A DNA stretch of 64,000 nt. Source: Anaeromyxobacter sp. (GTDB lineage Bacteria; Myxococcota; Myxococcia; Myxococcales; Anaeromyxobacteraceae). Below, piece by piece: positions 55,932-64,000 of this stretch (the stretch's first letter is position 1; every line of letters begins with the position of its first letter). The translations under genes and the position numbers were made by a program. The notes beneath the pieces are model-generated. The model searched no databases, had not been told where the DNA came from, and saw nothing but the letters and a program-made list of their open reading frames with translations. The stretch covers positions 32,001 through 96,000 of the forward strand of contig JASGJN010000021.1 in NCBI GenBank assembly GCA_049840735.1, written 5' to 3'.

Positions 55932-55984
55932 CCCTGGCCTTCGACTCCGCGCCGCTGGCGCGGCGCTACGCTCAGGCCGAGCGG
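55932..55984 (-). repeat. REP-like element
   Basis: CCCTGGCCTTCGACTCCGCGCCG...CGGCGCTACGCTCAGGCCGAGCGG. Confidence 0.8.
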
Positions 55985-56060
55985 GGGCAGGTTCCTCGGG
56001 CCGGGGGGAGCCGCGTCGAGCGCCAGAGGCGGTTCGGGCCGGTGAAGCCGGCCCGAACTG

Positions 56061-57452
56061 TTACGGCATCAACCTTGCCGTCAGCGCCGCCACGTCCGTC
56101 TTCACCTTCTCGTCGCTCACCAGGAGGCCCTTGATGCGGTCCACGGCGGCGATGACGGTGGTGTGGTCCTTCTTGTTGAACTTCTCGGCGATGGACTGGA
56201 GCTTCTCGTCCGCCAGGAAGCGGCACAGGTACATGGCCACCTGGCGTGGGAGCGCCACCTTCTGCTCGCGCGAGGAGCTGGTCAGCTTGGCGACGGTCAG
56301 GCCGTAGTGGGTGGCCACCAGCGCCTGGATCTTCTCGATGGGCGGCTTGTAGCCGGGCGGCGGGATCACGTCGCCCAGGACGTCGCGCGCCAGCTGGACG
56401 GTGATGGGCTCGCTCTTGAGCGAGGCGAAGGCGGCCAGGCGCATCAGGGCGCCTTCCAGCTCGCGCACGTTGGAGCGGACGTGCTGGGCCAGGAGGGCGG
56501 TGACGTCGTCGGGGAGGTCGATGCTCTCCACGTCCGCCTTCTTCTTCAGGATGGCGGCGCGGGTCTCGAACTCGGGTGCCTCGATCTGCACCCGCATGCC
56601 CCACTCGAAGCGGGAGCAGAGCCGCTCGTCCAGCCCCTTCAGCTCCTTGGGCGGCCGATCGCTGGAGAGGACGATCTGGACGTGGTGATCGTGCAGCTCG
56701 TTGAACGTGTGGAAGAACTCCTCCGCCGTCTTGTCCTTGCCGGCGAGGAACTGCACGTCGTCCACCAGCAGCGCGGAGCACTCGCGGTACTTGCGCCGGA
56801 ACTCGTCCATGGTGCCCTTCGACAGGGCGGCCACGAAGTCGTTGGTGTAGCGCTCGGAGGAGACGATCGCGACCCGGCCGCCGCGCTCGGCCAGGATGGC
56901 GGCGGCGACGGCGTGGAGCAGGTGCGTCTTCCCCAGGCCGGAATCGCCGTGGAGGAAGAGCGGGTTCCAGGTGTTGCCGGGGTTGCGGGCCACCGACTGC
57001 GCGGCGGCGAAGGCGAAGTGGTTCGAGGCGCCGACCACGAACGTCTCGAAGGTGTAGCGGGGGTTCGGGCGCGTGTCGCGCGGGTCCACCAGCGCCGGCT
57101 CGGGCGGGCGGGGCAGCGGCGTGAGGCTCGGCACCATGGGCGAGGCCGCGGCCGAGGCGCTGAGCGGGAGCCGGGGCGCCTCGTCCACGTTGAAGGTGAT
57201 CCGCAGCCGCTCGCCGGTCAGCTCCGGGACGAACTCCTCGAACCAGGCCCGGTAGTTGTCCTCGACGAAGTCGCGGTGGAACTTGTCCGGGGCCCCGATC
57301 TGGAGGCGACCGTCGGAGAGGCCGATCGGGCGCAGCGGCGCGAACCAGCGCTCATAGAGGTCGGCGCGCAGGCGCGCGCGGAGGAACGCATCCACGCGGA
57401 TCCAGAGGTCGTCGAGCGGGTTGGGCACCTTGGCGCTCGCGGGCGATTCCAT
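56061..57452 (-). CDS. dnaA: Chromosomal replication initiator DnaA
   Basis: YTFETFVVG, GDSGLGKTHL, DDVQFL, NVRELEGAL, DHTTV. Confidence 0.97.
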   Translation of the reverse strand: MESPASAKVPNPLDDLWIRVDAFLRARLRADLYERWFAPLRPIGLSDGRLQIGAPDKFHRDFVEDNYRAWFEEFVPELTGERLRITFNVDEAPRLPLSASAAASPMVPSLTPLPRPPEPALVDPRDTRPNPRYTFETFVVGASNHFAFAAAQSVARNPGNTWNPLFLHGDSGLGKTHLLHAVAAAILAERGGRVAIVSSERYTNDFVAALSKGTMDEFRRKYRECSALLVDDVQFLAGKDKTAEEFFHTFNELHDHHVQIVLSSDRPPKELKGLDERLCSRFEWGMRVQIEAPEFETRAAILKKKADVESIDLPDDVTALLAQHVRSNVRELEGALMRLAAFASLKSEPITVQLARDVLGDVIPPPGYKPPIEKIQALVATHYGLTVAKLTSSSREQKVALPRQVAMYLCRFLADEKLQSIAEKFNKKDHTTVIAAVDRIKGLLVSDEKVKTDVAALTARLMP

Positions 57453-57741
57453 CTCGACTTCCCCCGGTTGTACGGCGAAAAGGCGCCCACCCACCGATTC
57501 TCGACGGAGAACGCGGTGTTACTCGATCGCTCGGCCTTCGAGGGGTCGGGCGGGCCCGTGCAGCGTGGCGCGGAAGTTAGCGAAGGTGGCGAGGAGGGAT
57601 CAAGGCCGAGTTGGATCGAACCGGAAACGACGGCGGTTTCTCGGTGACGGCGAGGTGCCGCCGCGCCACCAGATCCGCGGCCGGGGAGGCTTGCGTGCCG
57701 ATCCTTGACAGGACGCGGGCGATCGGGGAGGTTGCCGCGCC

Positions 57742-57891
57742 ATGAAGCGGACTTTTCAACCCAAGAAGAAGAAGCTCAATCGTACGCACGGCTTCCGCAA
57801 GCGGTCCAGCACGCCGGGCGGCCGCAACGTCCTCAAGCGTCGGCGGGCCAAGGGGCGCGCAAAGCTGACCCCGAGCGCGCCGAAGAAGTAG
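57742..57891 (+). CDS. rpmH: 50S ribosomal protein L34
   Basis: [39 protein letters not shown] (too short for the ORF track). Confidence 0.97.
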   Translation: MKRTFQPKKKKLNRTHGFRKRSSTPGGRNVLKRRRAKGRAKLTPSAPKK

Positions 57892-57896
57892 CGCGG

Positions 57897-58238
57897 GTGA
57901 AGCTGGAGAAGGCGGCGCGGCTGCGGCGCCGCCGACAGTTCCTCGAGGTTCAGCAGCGGGGGCGGCGTCTCTACTCAGGAGAGGTGCTCGTCCTCGCGCT
58001 CGACTCTGGAGCGCCTGGGCCGCGGATCGGGATCACCGTGTCGTCCAGGGTCGGTAACGCCGTCGAGCGAAACCGGGTGAAGCGCTGGGTCCGAGAGGCC
58101 TGGCGCGAGATCCGGGCCGATCTCCCCGCCATCGACATCGTCCTCATCGCCCGCCCGCCCGCGGTCAGCATGGGTCTGCCCGGGGCGCGGCGGGCCCTTG
58201 CCTGCGCGCGGGACGCGCTGGCCGGAGGGCCGCGGTGA
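57897..58238 (+). CDS. rnpA: Ribonuclease P protein component
   Basis: [21 protein letters not shown]. Confidence 0.95.
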   Translation: MKLEKAARLRRRRQFLEVQQRGRRLYSGEVLVLALDSGAPGPRIGITVSSRVGNAVERNRVKRWVREAWREIRADLPAIDIVLIARPPAVSMGLPGARRALACARDALAGGPR

Positions 58239-58465
58239 TCCGCCGGCTGCTGGTCGGCCTGGTGCGCCTGTACCAGCGGCTCCTGTCGCCGCTCCTCCCG
58301 CCGTCTTGCCGCTTCTACCCGAGCTGCTCGGCCTACGCCGTCACGGCGCTGCAGCGCCATGGCGCGCTCCGCGGCACCTGGCTCACCGCGCGACGTCTCT
58401 GCCGCTGCCATCCGTTCCATCCGGGCGGGATCGACCCCGTCCCCGAGATAACCCTAAAGAGGTAG
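58235..58465 (+). CDS. yidD: Membrane protein insertion efficiency factor
   Basis: [10 protein letters not shown]...[14 protein letters not shown]. Confidence 0.95.
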   Translation: MIRRLLVGLVRLYQRLLSPLLPPSCRFYPSCSAYAVTALQRHGALRGTWLTARRLCRCHPFHPGGIDPVPEITLKR

Positions 58466-58469
58466 AACC

Positions 58470-60089
58470 TTGAGCGCCGAAACCCGTCGTTTCGTGCTGG
58501 CCATCGCGCTGTCGCTCGCCGTGGTCTTCGTGTGGCAGACCTTCGCGCCGAAGCCGCAGAAGCCGGCGCCCGCGCCGGCGCCGGTCCAGGTCACGCCCGC
58601 GCCGGAGGCGGCGAAGAACCCGGAGGCGCCGGCGCCTGCCCAGGGCGGCGGCCAGGCGGCGGCCGCGGCGCCGGTGGACGCGCCGGAGGAGCTGGTGACG
58701 CTGGAGGGCGCGGAGTTCACCGCCCAGCTCAGCTCGCACGGCGGCACGCTCAAGCACTACCAGCTGCGCGATCACAAGTTCCAGGACCTGGACGTCGTCC
58801 ACGTCACCGACGGCCAGCCCTTCCCGCTGGCGCTGGTCCCCTCGCCCGAGCTGGGCGGCGGCGCCGACGCGGCCAGCGACCGCTGGGCCCGCGCGCCGAT
58901 GCGGGTGGTCTCGAAGGACGCGCGGTCGGTGGTCTTCGAGGGGCGCGTCGGCTCGGTCGAGGTCCGCAAGACCATCGCCGTCACCGGCAAGCCGTACGAG
59001 CTGGCGGTGCGGATCGAGGCCAGCGGCGGCGCGAAGGGCGGCACGGTGAGCGTGCTCTTCCCGTCCTACCAGCCGCCCAACGCCCAGACCGGCGGCATCT
59101 TCTCCGGCCCGCCGCTCAACGTGATGCGGCCGGTCTGCCGCGCCGGCACCAGCACCGAGCGGTACGACCTGGCCAAGGACCCGGGCAGCGAGAAGGTGGC
59201 CGGCGACGCGGTCTGGATGGGCGCCGACCAGCACTACTTCATCGGCGCGCTGGTGCTCGACCAGGCCGCCGGCACCTGCGTCTTCACCCGCGGCCCCGCC
59301 GCCGGCACCGGCCTGGTGGCGCTGGTCCTGCCGCTGGAGGGGCCGCGCACCGTCACCGGCCAGCTCTTCGTCGGCCCCAAGGACATCGACTACCTGCGCG
59401 TCTACGGCCGGTCCTTCGAGACCGCCATCGAGTACGGCGCCTTCGCGAAGCCCTTCGCCCTCTTCGCCCGCGGCCTGCTCTACGTGATGCGCTGGCTGGC
59501 CAGCATCGTGAAGAACTGGGGCGTCGCCATCATCCTGCTGACCCTGCTGGTCAAGGTCGTGCTGCTCCCGCTCACCTACAAGTCGATGAAGTCGATGAAC
59601 GAGATGCGGCGGCTGCAGCCGGAGATGGAGAAGCTCAAGGCCAAGTTCCCGGGGCCGGAGAACCGGGAGAAGCTGCAGATGGCGACGATGCAGATGTACC
59701 AGCAGCACAAGGTCAACCCGCTGGGCGGGTGCCTGCCGATGCTGCTCCAGATGCCGATCTGGTTCGCGCTCTACGCCGCGCTGCAGACCTCGGTCGAGCT
59801 CTACCGCCAGCCGTTCCTCTGGATGGCCGACCTGACCGCCAAGGACCCGTTCTACATCCTGCCCCTGCTGATGGGCGTCTCGAGCTTCCTGATGCAGAAG
59901 CTGGCGCCGCAGCCGGCCGACAACGCGCAGGCCAAGATGATGCTTTACTTCATGCCGGCCATCTTCACCGTCATGATGCTGGGGCTGCCGGCCGGCCTGA
60001 CGCTCTACATCTTCGTGAACAACCTGCTGTCGATCATCCAGCAGCAGGCCATGTTCAAGCAGACGCCCGCCGTCGCCACCGCCAAGTAG
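58470..60089 (+). CDS. yidC: Membrane protein insertase YidC
   Basis: NWGVAIILLT, NPLGGCLPMLLQMPIW, PAGLTLY; TTG start. Confidence 0.97.
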   Translation: MSAETRRFVLAIALSLAVVFVWQTFAPKPQKPAPAPAPVQVTPAPEAAKNPEAPAPAQGGGQAAAAAPVDAPEELVTLEGAEFTAQLSSHGGTLKHYQLRDHKFQDLDVVHVTDGQPFPLALVPSPELGGGADAASDRWARAPMRVVSKDARSVVFEGRVGSVEVRKTIAVTGKPYELAVRIEASGGAKGGTVSVLFPSYQPPNAQTGGIFSGPPLNVMRPVCRAGTSTERYDLAKDPGSEKVAGDAVWMGADQHYFIGALVLDQAAGTCVFTRGPAAGTGLVALVLPLEGPRTVTGQLFVGPKDIDYLRVYGRSFETAIEYGAFAKPFALFARGLLYVMRWLASIVKNWGVAIILLTLLVKVVLLPLTYKSMKSMNEMRRLQPEMEKLKAKFPGPENREKLQMATMQMYQQHKVNPLGGCLPMLLQMPIWFALYAALQTSVELYRQPFLWMADLTAKDPFYILPLLMGVSSFLMQKLAPQPADNAQAKMMLYFMPAIFTVMMLGLPAGLTLYIFVNNLLSIIQQQAMFKQTPAVATAK

Positions 60090-60101
60090 CCGGAGGCCGC
60101 C

Positions 60102-60602
60102 GTGGACCACACCGATCGCGAGAGCACCCCGCCCCCGCGCCACGCGCCCGAGAAGGTGGCGCGGGCGCAGTCCTTCTGCGAGGAGCTGCTGCAGCGCCTG
60201 GGCGGGGACGTCCAGGTCGAGGTGAAGGAGACGCCTGAGGCCATCGGCGTCTCGCTCACGCCGCGCGAGGGCAACACCCTCGAGCTGGCCTCGGCGCTGA
60301 TCGAGGCCGTGCAGCACCTGGTGAACCGGGTCGTGAACCCGCGCGCCGAGGGGCGGAAGTGGGTGAACCTCGACGTGGGCGGCTTCCGCGAGGAGGGCGA
60401 CCCGGCGGTGAAGGCCATGGCCGAGCGGCTGGCCGCCTCGGCCCGTCGGACCGGCAAGGTGCTCGCCATCTCGCCCTGCTCGGCCCGCGAGCGCCGGCAG
60501 ATCCACCTGGCCCTGGTCGGCGTCGAGGGCGTCTCGACCCGCAGCGAGGGCGAGGGGCTGTTCCGGCAGCTGCTGATCATTCCAGACGCCCCTAAGGCCT
60601 AG
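60102..60602 (+). CDS. Jag/KhpB-like R3H RNA-binding protein (short form)
   Basis: ERRQIHLAL...TRSEGEG (R3H); located directly after yidC. Confidence 0.8.
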   Translation: MDHTDRESTPPPRHAPEKVARAQSFCEELLQRLGGDVQVEVKETPEAIGVSLTPREGNTLELASALIEAVQHLVNRVVNPRAEGRKWVNLDVGGFREEGDPAVKAMAERLAASARRTGKVLAISPCSARERRQIHLALVGVEGVSTRSEGEGLFRQLLIIPDAPKA

Positions 60603-60604
60603 GC

Positions 60605-60817
60605 GTGGCGAGGGAGAAGTCCAAGCAGGAGAAGCTCTTCTCCGCAGCCGTCCTGCGGCGCTCGTTCGAGCTGCAGGACGGCGAATACAGGGAAGGTTTC
60701 CGCTTCGTCTACGAGGGCGTGCTGCGGGACCTTGGCCTGGAGCAGGACGAGGTCGAGGCGTACCTCGCCGCCCACCGCGCTGAGATCGAGGCGGCCATCG
60801 GCCGCCGGGGGAAGTAG
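60605..60817 (+). CDS. Small hypothetical protein (70 aa)
   Basis: Tightly packed in the operon between jag and rsmG with typical codon usage. Confidence 0.65.
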   Translation: MAREKSKQEKLFSAAVLRRSFELQDGEYREGFRFVYEGVLRDLGLEQDEVEAYLAAHRAEIEAAIGRRGK

Positions 60818-60820
60818 CCG

Positions 60821-61465
60821 GTGGAGGCCGCCTTCCGCGAGACGCTGGCCAGCGGAGTGGCCGCGCTCGGCCTCCCTGTCGACGCCCGCGCCCTGGCGCT
60901 GCTCGAGCGCTACGCCGACCGGTTGCTGGCCTGGAACCGGAAGGTGAACCTCACCGCCATCACCGCGCCGGCGGAGGTGGCCGAGAAGCACCTGGTGGAC
61001 AGCCTGGCGGTCCTCCCGTCGCTCGGTCCGGCGCGGTCGCTGCTGGACCTGGGCGCCGGGGCCGGCCTGCCGGGCGTGCCCCTCGCCTGCGCCCGGCCGG
61101 AGCTGCAGGTCACCTGCTGCGACTCGGTCAGCAAGAAGGTCGCCTTCGTGAAGGCTGTCGCCGTCGAGCTGGGCCTCGAGAACGTCCGCGGCGTCGCCGC
61201 CCGGGCCACCGGCAACCCCGACGCCGACCGCCTCCCCCGCGCCGAGGCCGTGATCTCTCGCGCCCTGACCGACCCCGAGCAGTGGCTGCCGCTCGGGAAG
61301 GCGTACCTCGCCGAGGGCGGCGTGCTGCTGGCCATGCTCGGCCGTGAGGCCGACGAGGCCAAGCTGGCGGACGTCGGGGCGCGGAACGGGCTGCGGCTCG
61401 AGGGCGTGCAGCGGTTCGAGCTGCCGGTCTCCCGGGCCCCCCGCGCCGTGGCGCGGTGGCGGTAG
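60821..61465 (+). CDS. rsmG: 16S rRNA m7G527 methyltransferase
   Basis: [30 protein letters not shown]. Confidence 0.95.
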   Translation: MEAAFRETLASGVAALGLPVDARALALLERYADRLLAWNRKVNLTAITAPAEVAEKHLVDSLAVLPSLGPARSLLDLGAGAGLPGVPLACARPELQVTCCDSVSKKVAFVKAVAVELGLENVRGVAARATGNPDADRLPRAEAVISRALTDPEQWLPLGKAYLAEGGVLLAMLGREADEAKLADVGARNGLRLEGVQRFELPVSRAPRAVARWR

Positions 61466-61549
61466 CTGTTCTGGCCGGCTTCATCGGCCCGTTCCGGCGC
61501 TGACCGCGCGCGCCGGGTGTCCCAGCCCAGGGACTCCTCGCGAGGCAAT

Positions 61550-61868
61550 GCTCGGCGTCGCCCCTCCACGCCTGCGGCCGGCCGCTTCGCTCGGACGTCT
61601 TCGGCCCGGCCGCTCAGGGCGGTCCGCGCGCGTGCCGGACTCCGTGTCAGCGCGAGCCGGGCACAACGCAGGGCCCCGGCCGACCGCCGAGCGAGTCTTT
61701 CCCGCGCCGCGTGGACCCAGCGGTCGGCCAGGGCCCTTTGAACGGGTGCCCGGCTCGCAGCGCTGGACGCGAGCCGCGCGCGTACCTGGTCGCCCAGATA
61801 TGCGGGCCTGCGGATTGTCCTCGCTCCGCGGCCATCCTCCGGCGCTACGAGGCTTGCGGAGGCGGTCG
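61550..61868 (+). repeat. Left arm of ~320-bp imperfect inverted repeat
   Basis: Aligns along its length to the reverse complement of 62067-62390. Confidence 0.85.
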
Positions 61869-61900
61869 AGTCTGCGCGCAGTACCGGCCACGCCTCCCCC

Positions 61901-61950
61901 CCGGTCAGCCTGAGCGTAGGGCCGGCGTCCGCCGGCCCGGAGTCGAAGGC
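61901..61950 (+). repeat. REP-like element
   Basis: CCGGTCAGCCTGAGCGTAGGGCCGGCG...CGCCGGCCCGGAGTCGAAGGC. Confidence 0.8.
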
Positions 61951-61988
61951 AAGCGTTGACCAGGCTTGAGCTGAGCTTCGAGGGATTC

Positions 61989-62004
61989 TGTTCCACGTGG
62001 AACG
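61989..62004. promoter_or_regulatory. parS site
   Basis: TGTTCCACGTGGAACG matches the parS consensus. Confidence 0.9.
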
Positions 62005-62066
62005 TCGCTGCGCTGGCAGCGTTGGCCCCGGGACCGAACCAGGCTTCGCGCGCATCGCCCCCGCCG

Positions 62067-62390
62067 CGACCGCGCCCTCGAGTCCCGCAGCGCCGCAGGA
62101 CGGCCGCGAAGCGAGGACTTTGGCGGAGGCCCGCATCACAGGCAGAGCAGGTACGCGCGCGGCACCCGTTCAGCGGGGCGAGCCGGGCACCCGTCCAAAG
62201 GCCCCTCGCCGACCGCCGCCTTCGACCACGGCGCGGGAGTGGACCGGTCGCTGGTCGGCGAGGGGCCTGCGTTGTGCCCGGCTCGCGATGACACGGAGTC
62301 CGGCCCGCGCGCGGAGCGCTCCGATTGGCCGGGCCGCAGCAAGTCCGAGCGAAGCGGCCGTTCCGGAGGCGCGGAGGGACGACGCCCAGC
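62067..62390 (-). repeat. Right arm of ~320-bp imperfect inverted repeat
   Basis: Reverse complement aligns to 61550-61868. Confidence 0.85.
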
Positions 62391-62436
62391 GGGGCCACGA
62401 CCGGTCCCGTCTTCGACAGGTTCAGGGCGAACCCCG

Positions 62437-62484
62437 GCCTTCGACTCCGCGCCGCTGACGCGGCGCTACGCTCAGGCTGACCGG
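62437..62484 (-). repeat. REP-like element
   Basis: GCCTTCGACTCCGCGCCG...CGGCGCTACGCTCAGGCTGACCGG. Confidence 0.8.
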
Positions 62485-62539
62485 GACAATCCAAGTGCCT
62501 TGCGAAGCTGCCAGGGCCATGAGAGGCGCGTCGAAAGCA

Positions 62540-62633
62540 AACCGGAACCGGAACCGGAACCGGAACCGGAACCGGAACCGGAACCGGAACCGGAACCGGA
62601 ACCGGAACCGGAACCCCGGACCCCGGACCCCGG
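62540..62633. repeat. Microsatellite (AACCGG)x12 followed by (ACCCCGG)x3
   Basis: Directly visible tandem repeat. Confidence 0.95.
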
Positions 62634-62655
62634 GATTACTGGCCACCTCTCGCGA

Positions 62656-62671
62656 TGTTCCACGTGGAACA
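62656..62671. promoter_or_regulatory. parS site
   Basis: TGTTCCACGTGGAACA, a perfect palindrome. Confidence 0.92.
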
Positions 62672-62705
62672 GCAGCCGAGCCAACCCCCGCCCGCTGGCG
62701 TGGGT

Positions 62706-62721
62706 TGTTTCACGTGGAACA
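62706..62721. promoter_or_regulatory. parS site
   Basis: TGTTTCACGTGGAACA. Confidence 0.92.
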
Positions 62722-62825
62722 CCGTGTCAGGGGGATAGGGCATGGTGCCGTCGCCACGACCAGGGGGTCGGGCAGACGACATCGAGGGGTTCGCCTTGAA
62801 CAAGCCTCAGCTGGAAGTCGGGTCC

Positions 62826-63596
62826 ATGAGCCGCATCCTCACCATCGCGAATCAGAAGGGCGGCGTCGGCAAGACCACGACCGCCGTGAACCTGGCCGCG
62901 TCGCTGGCCGCCGCCGAGCGCCGGACGCTGCTCATCGACGTCGACCCGCAGGGAAACGCCGGCAGCGCGCTCGGCATCCGCCGCGACGACAGCGAGAAGT
63001 CGATCTACGAGGTGCTGCTCGACGGGCTTCCGCTCAAGGAGGCCGTGCGCAAGAGCGAGCTCAAGTTCCTCGACCTCGTCCCCGCCTCCGCGCACCTGGT
63101 CGGCGCCGAGCTCGAGCTCGCCGAGATCGACCACCGCGAGTACCGGCTCAAGCGCGCCGTCGATTCGATCCAAGGCGAGTACGAGTACATCGTCATCGAC
63201 TGCCCGCCCTCGCTCGGCCTGCTCACGCTCAACGGGCTGGTCGCCGCTCGCGGCGTCGTCATCCCGCTGCAGTGCGAGTACTACGCGCTCGAGGGTCTCG
63301 CCGACGTGCTCAAGACCATCGAGCTCGTCCGCGCCAGCGCCAACCCCGAGCTCAAGGTCGACGGCATCGTCCTGACCATGTTCTCGCCCAACAACCTGTC
63401 CAACCAGGTCGCCGACGAGATCCGGAAGACCTTCGAGAAGCAGGTCTTCAACACCGTCATCCCGCGCAACGTCCGGCTGTCCGAGGCGCCTTCGCACGGC
63501 AAGCCCGTGCTGCTCTACGACGTGACGTCCAAGGGGTGCCAGAGCTACCTCGAGCTCGCGCGCGAGGTCACCACCCGGCTCGGAGGTGTCGCGTGA
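62826..63596 (+). CDS. parA: Chromosome partitioning ATPase ParA/Soj
   Basis: NQKGGVGKTT, DVDPQGN, DCPPSLG, IPRNVRLSEAPS. Confidence 0.95.
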   Translation: MSRILTIANQKGGVGKTTTAVNLAASLAAAERRTLLIDVDPQGNAGSALGIRRDDSEKSIYEVLLDGLPLKEAVRKSELKFLDLVPASAHLVGAELELAEIDHREYRLKRAVDSIQGEYEYIVIDCPPSLGLLTLNGLVAARGVVIPLQCEYYALEGLADVLKTIELVRASANPELKVDGIVLTMFSPNNLSNQVADEIRKTFEKQVFNTVIPRNVRLSEAPSHGKPVLLYDVTSKGCQSYLELAREVTTRLGGVA

Positions 63597-64000
63597 GCAC
63601 CATGGCCGAGAAGCGCCGCCCCGCGCTCGGGCGCGGGATGGCTGCCCTGCTCTCCAACGCCGCCCCTCCGCCCAGCGTCGCGACCGTCAACGTCGCCGCC
63701 GTGCCCGGGCGCTCGCTCCTGATGCTGCCGATCGAGGCCGTCGAGCGGAACCCCGACCAGCCTCGCAAGCACTTCGACGAGACCAAGCTCGAGGAGCTCG
63801 TCGCGTCCATCCGCGAGCACGGGATCGTCGAGGCCCATCCTCGTTCGCCAGGAGGGCGGCGCCTACCGCATCCTCGCCGGCGAGCGCCGCTGGCGCGCCG
63901 CGCAGCGGGCCGGTCTCCGCGAGGTCCCCGCCATCGTCCGCGAAGCCAGCGAGCGCGAGGCCTTCGAGCTCGCCCTGGTCGAGAACCTGCAGCGCGCCGA
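63593..64000 (+). CDS. parB: Chromosome partitioning protein ParB (5' part; frameshift at ~63832)
   Basis: [19 protein letters not shown]; after removing one G: GIVEPILVR...[11 protein letters not shown]...ALVENLQR. Confidence 0.92.
   Translation, partial: MSTMAEKRRPALGRGMAALLSNAAPPPSVATVNVAAVPGRSLLMLPIEAVERNPDQPRKHFDETKLEELVASIREHGIVEAHPRSPGGRRLPHPRRRAPLARRAAGRSPRGPRHRPRSQRARGLRARPGREPAARR

Noticed and set aside
62239..62799. ORFs with PEPEPE, RFRFRF or GSGSGS tracts
   Set aside because: These are translations of the hexamer microsatellite inside the parS region, with no other coding signal

Overview
GC-rich bacterial chromosome segment, most likely an Anaeromyxobacter-like Myxococcota (inferred from MXAN_5187-type and AgmX/PglI-type proteins and from gene content). 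The right third is the replication-origin region: gyrB-recF-dnaN-dnaA on the minus strand, rpmH-rnpA-yidD-yidC-jag-rsmG-parA-parB on the plus strand, three parS sites, a candidate oriC, and no mnmE/mnmG at their usual position. The middle holds housekeeping genes (ileS-lspA-lgt, a RimK-like ligase, a FadF-like Fe-S protein, fabH, tRNA-Phe, tRNA-Gln). The left half is accessory: a DUF3015/DUF4105 pair, a lipase plus FadL, VanW- and VanX-like genes, an orphan double-vgrG locus with a convergent metalloprotease/HEAT cassette, and a small tRNA-Phe-flanked islet with a decayed toxin-antitoxin pair. The best candidate for an undescribed system is a four-gene operon at 14096-19902: a Zn-ribbon/degenerate-GGDEF c-di-GMP receptor, a processive GT2 synthase, a TolC-like protein fused to a glycoside-hydrolase-like domain, and a HlyD adaptor. 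Eleven genes, including essential ileS and gyrB, are frameshifted; these are probably sequencing errors, and most lie in or next to GATC. All family assignments come from motif recognition by eye; no database searches were run.
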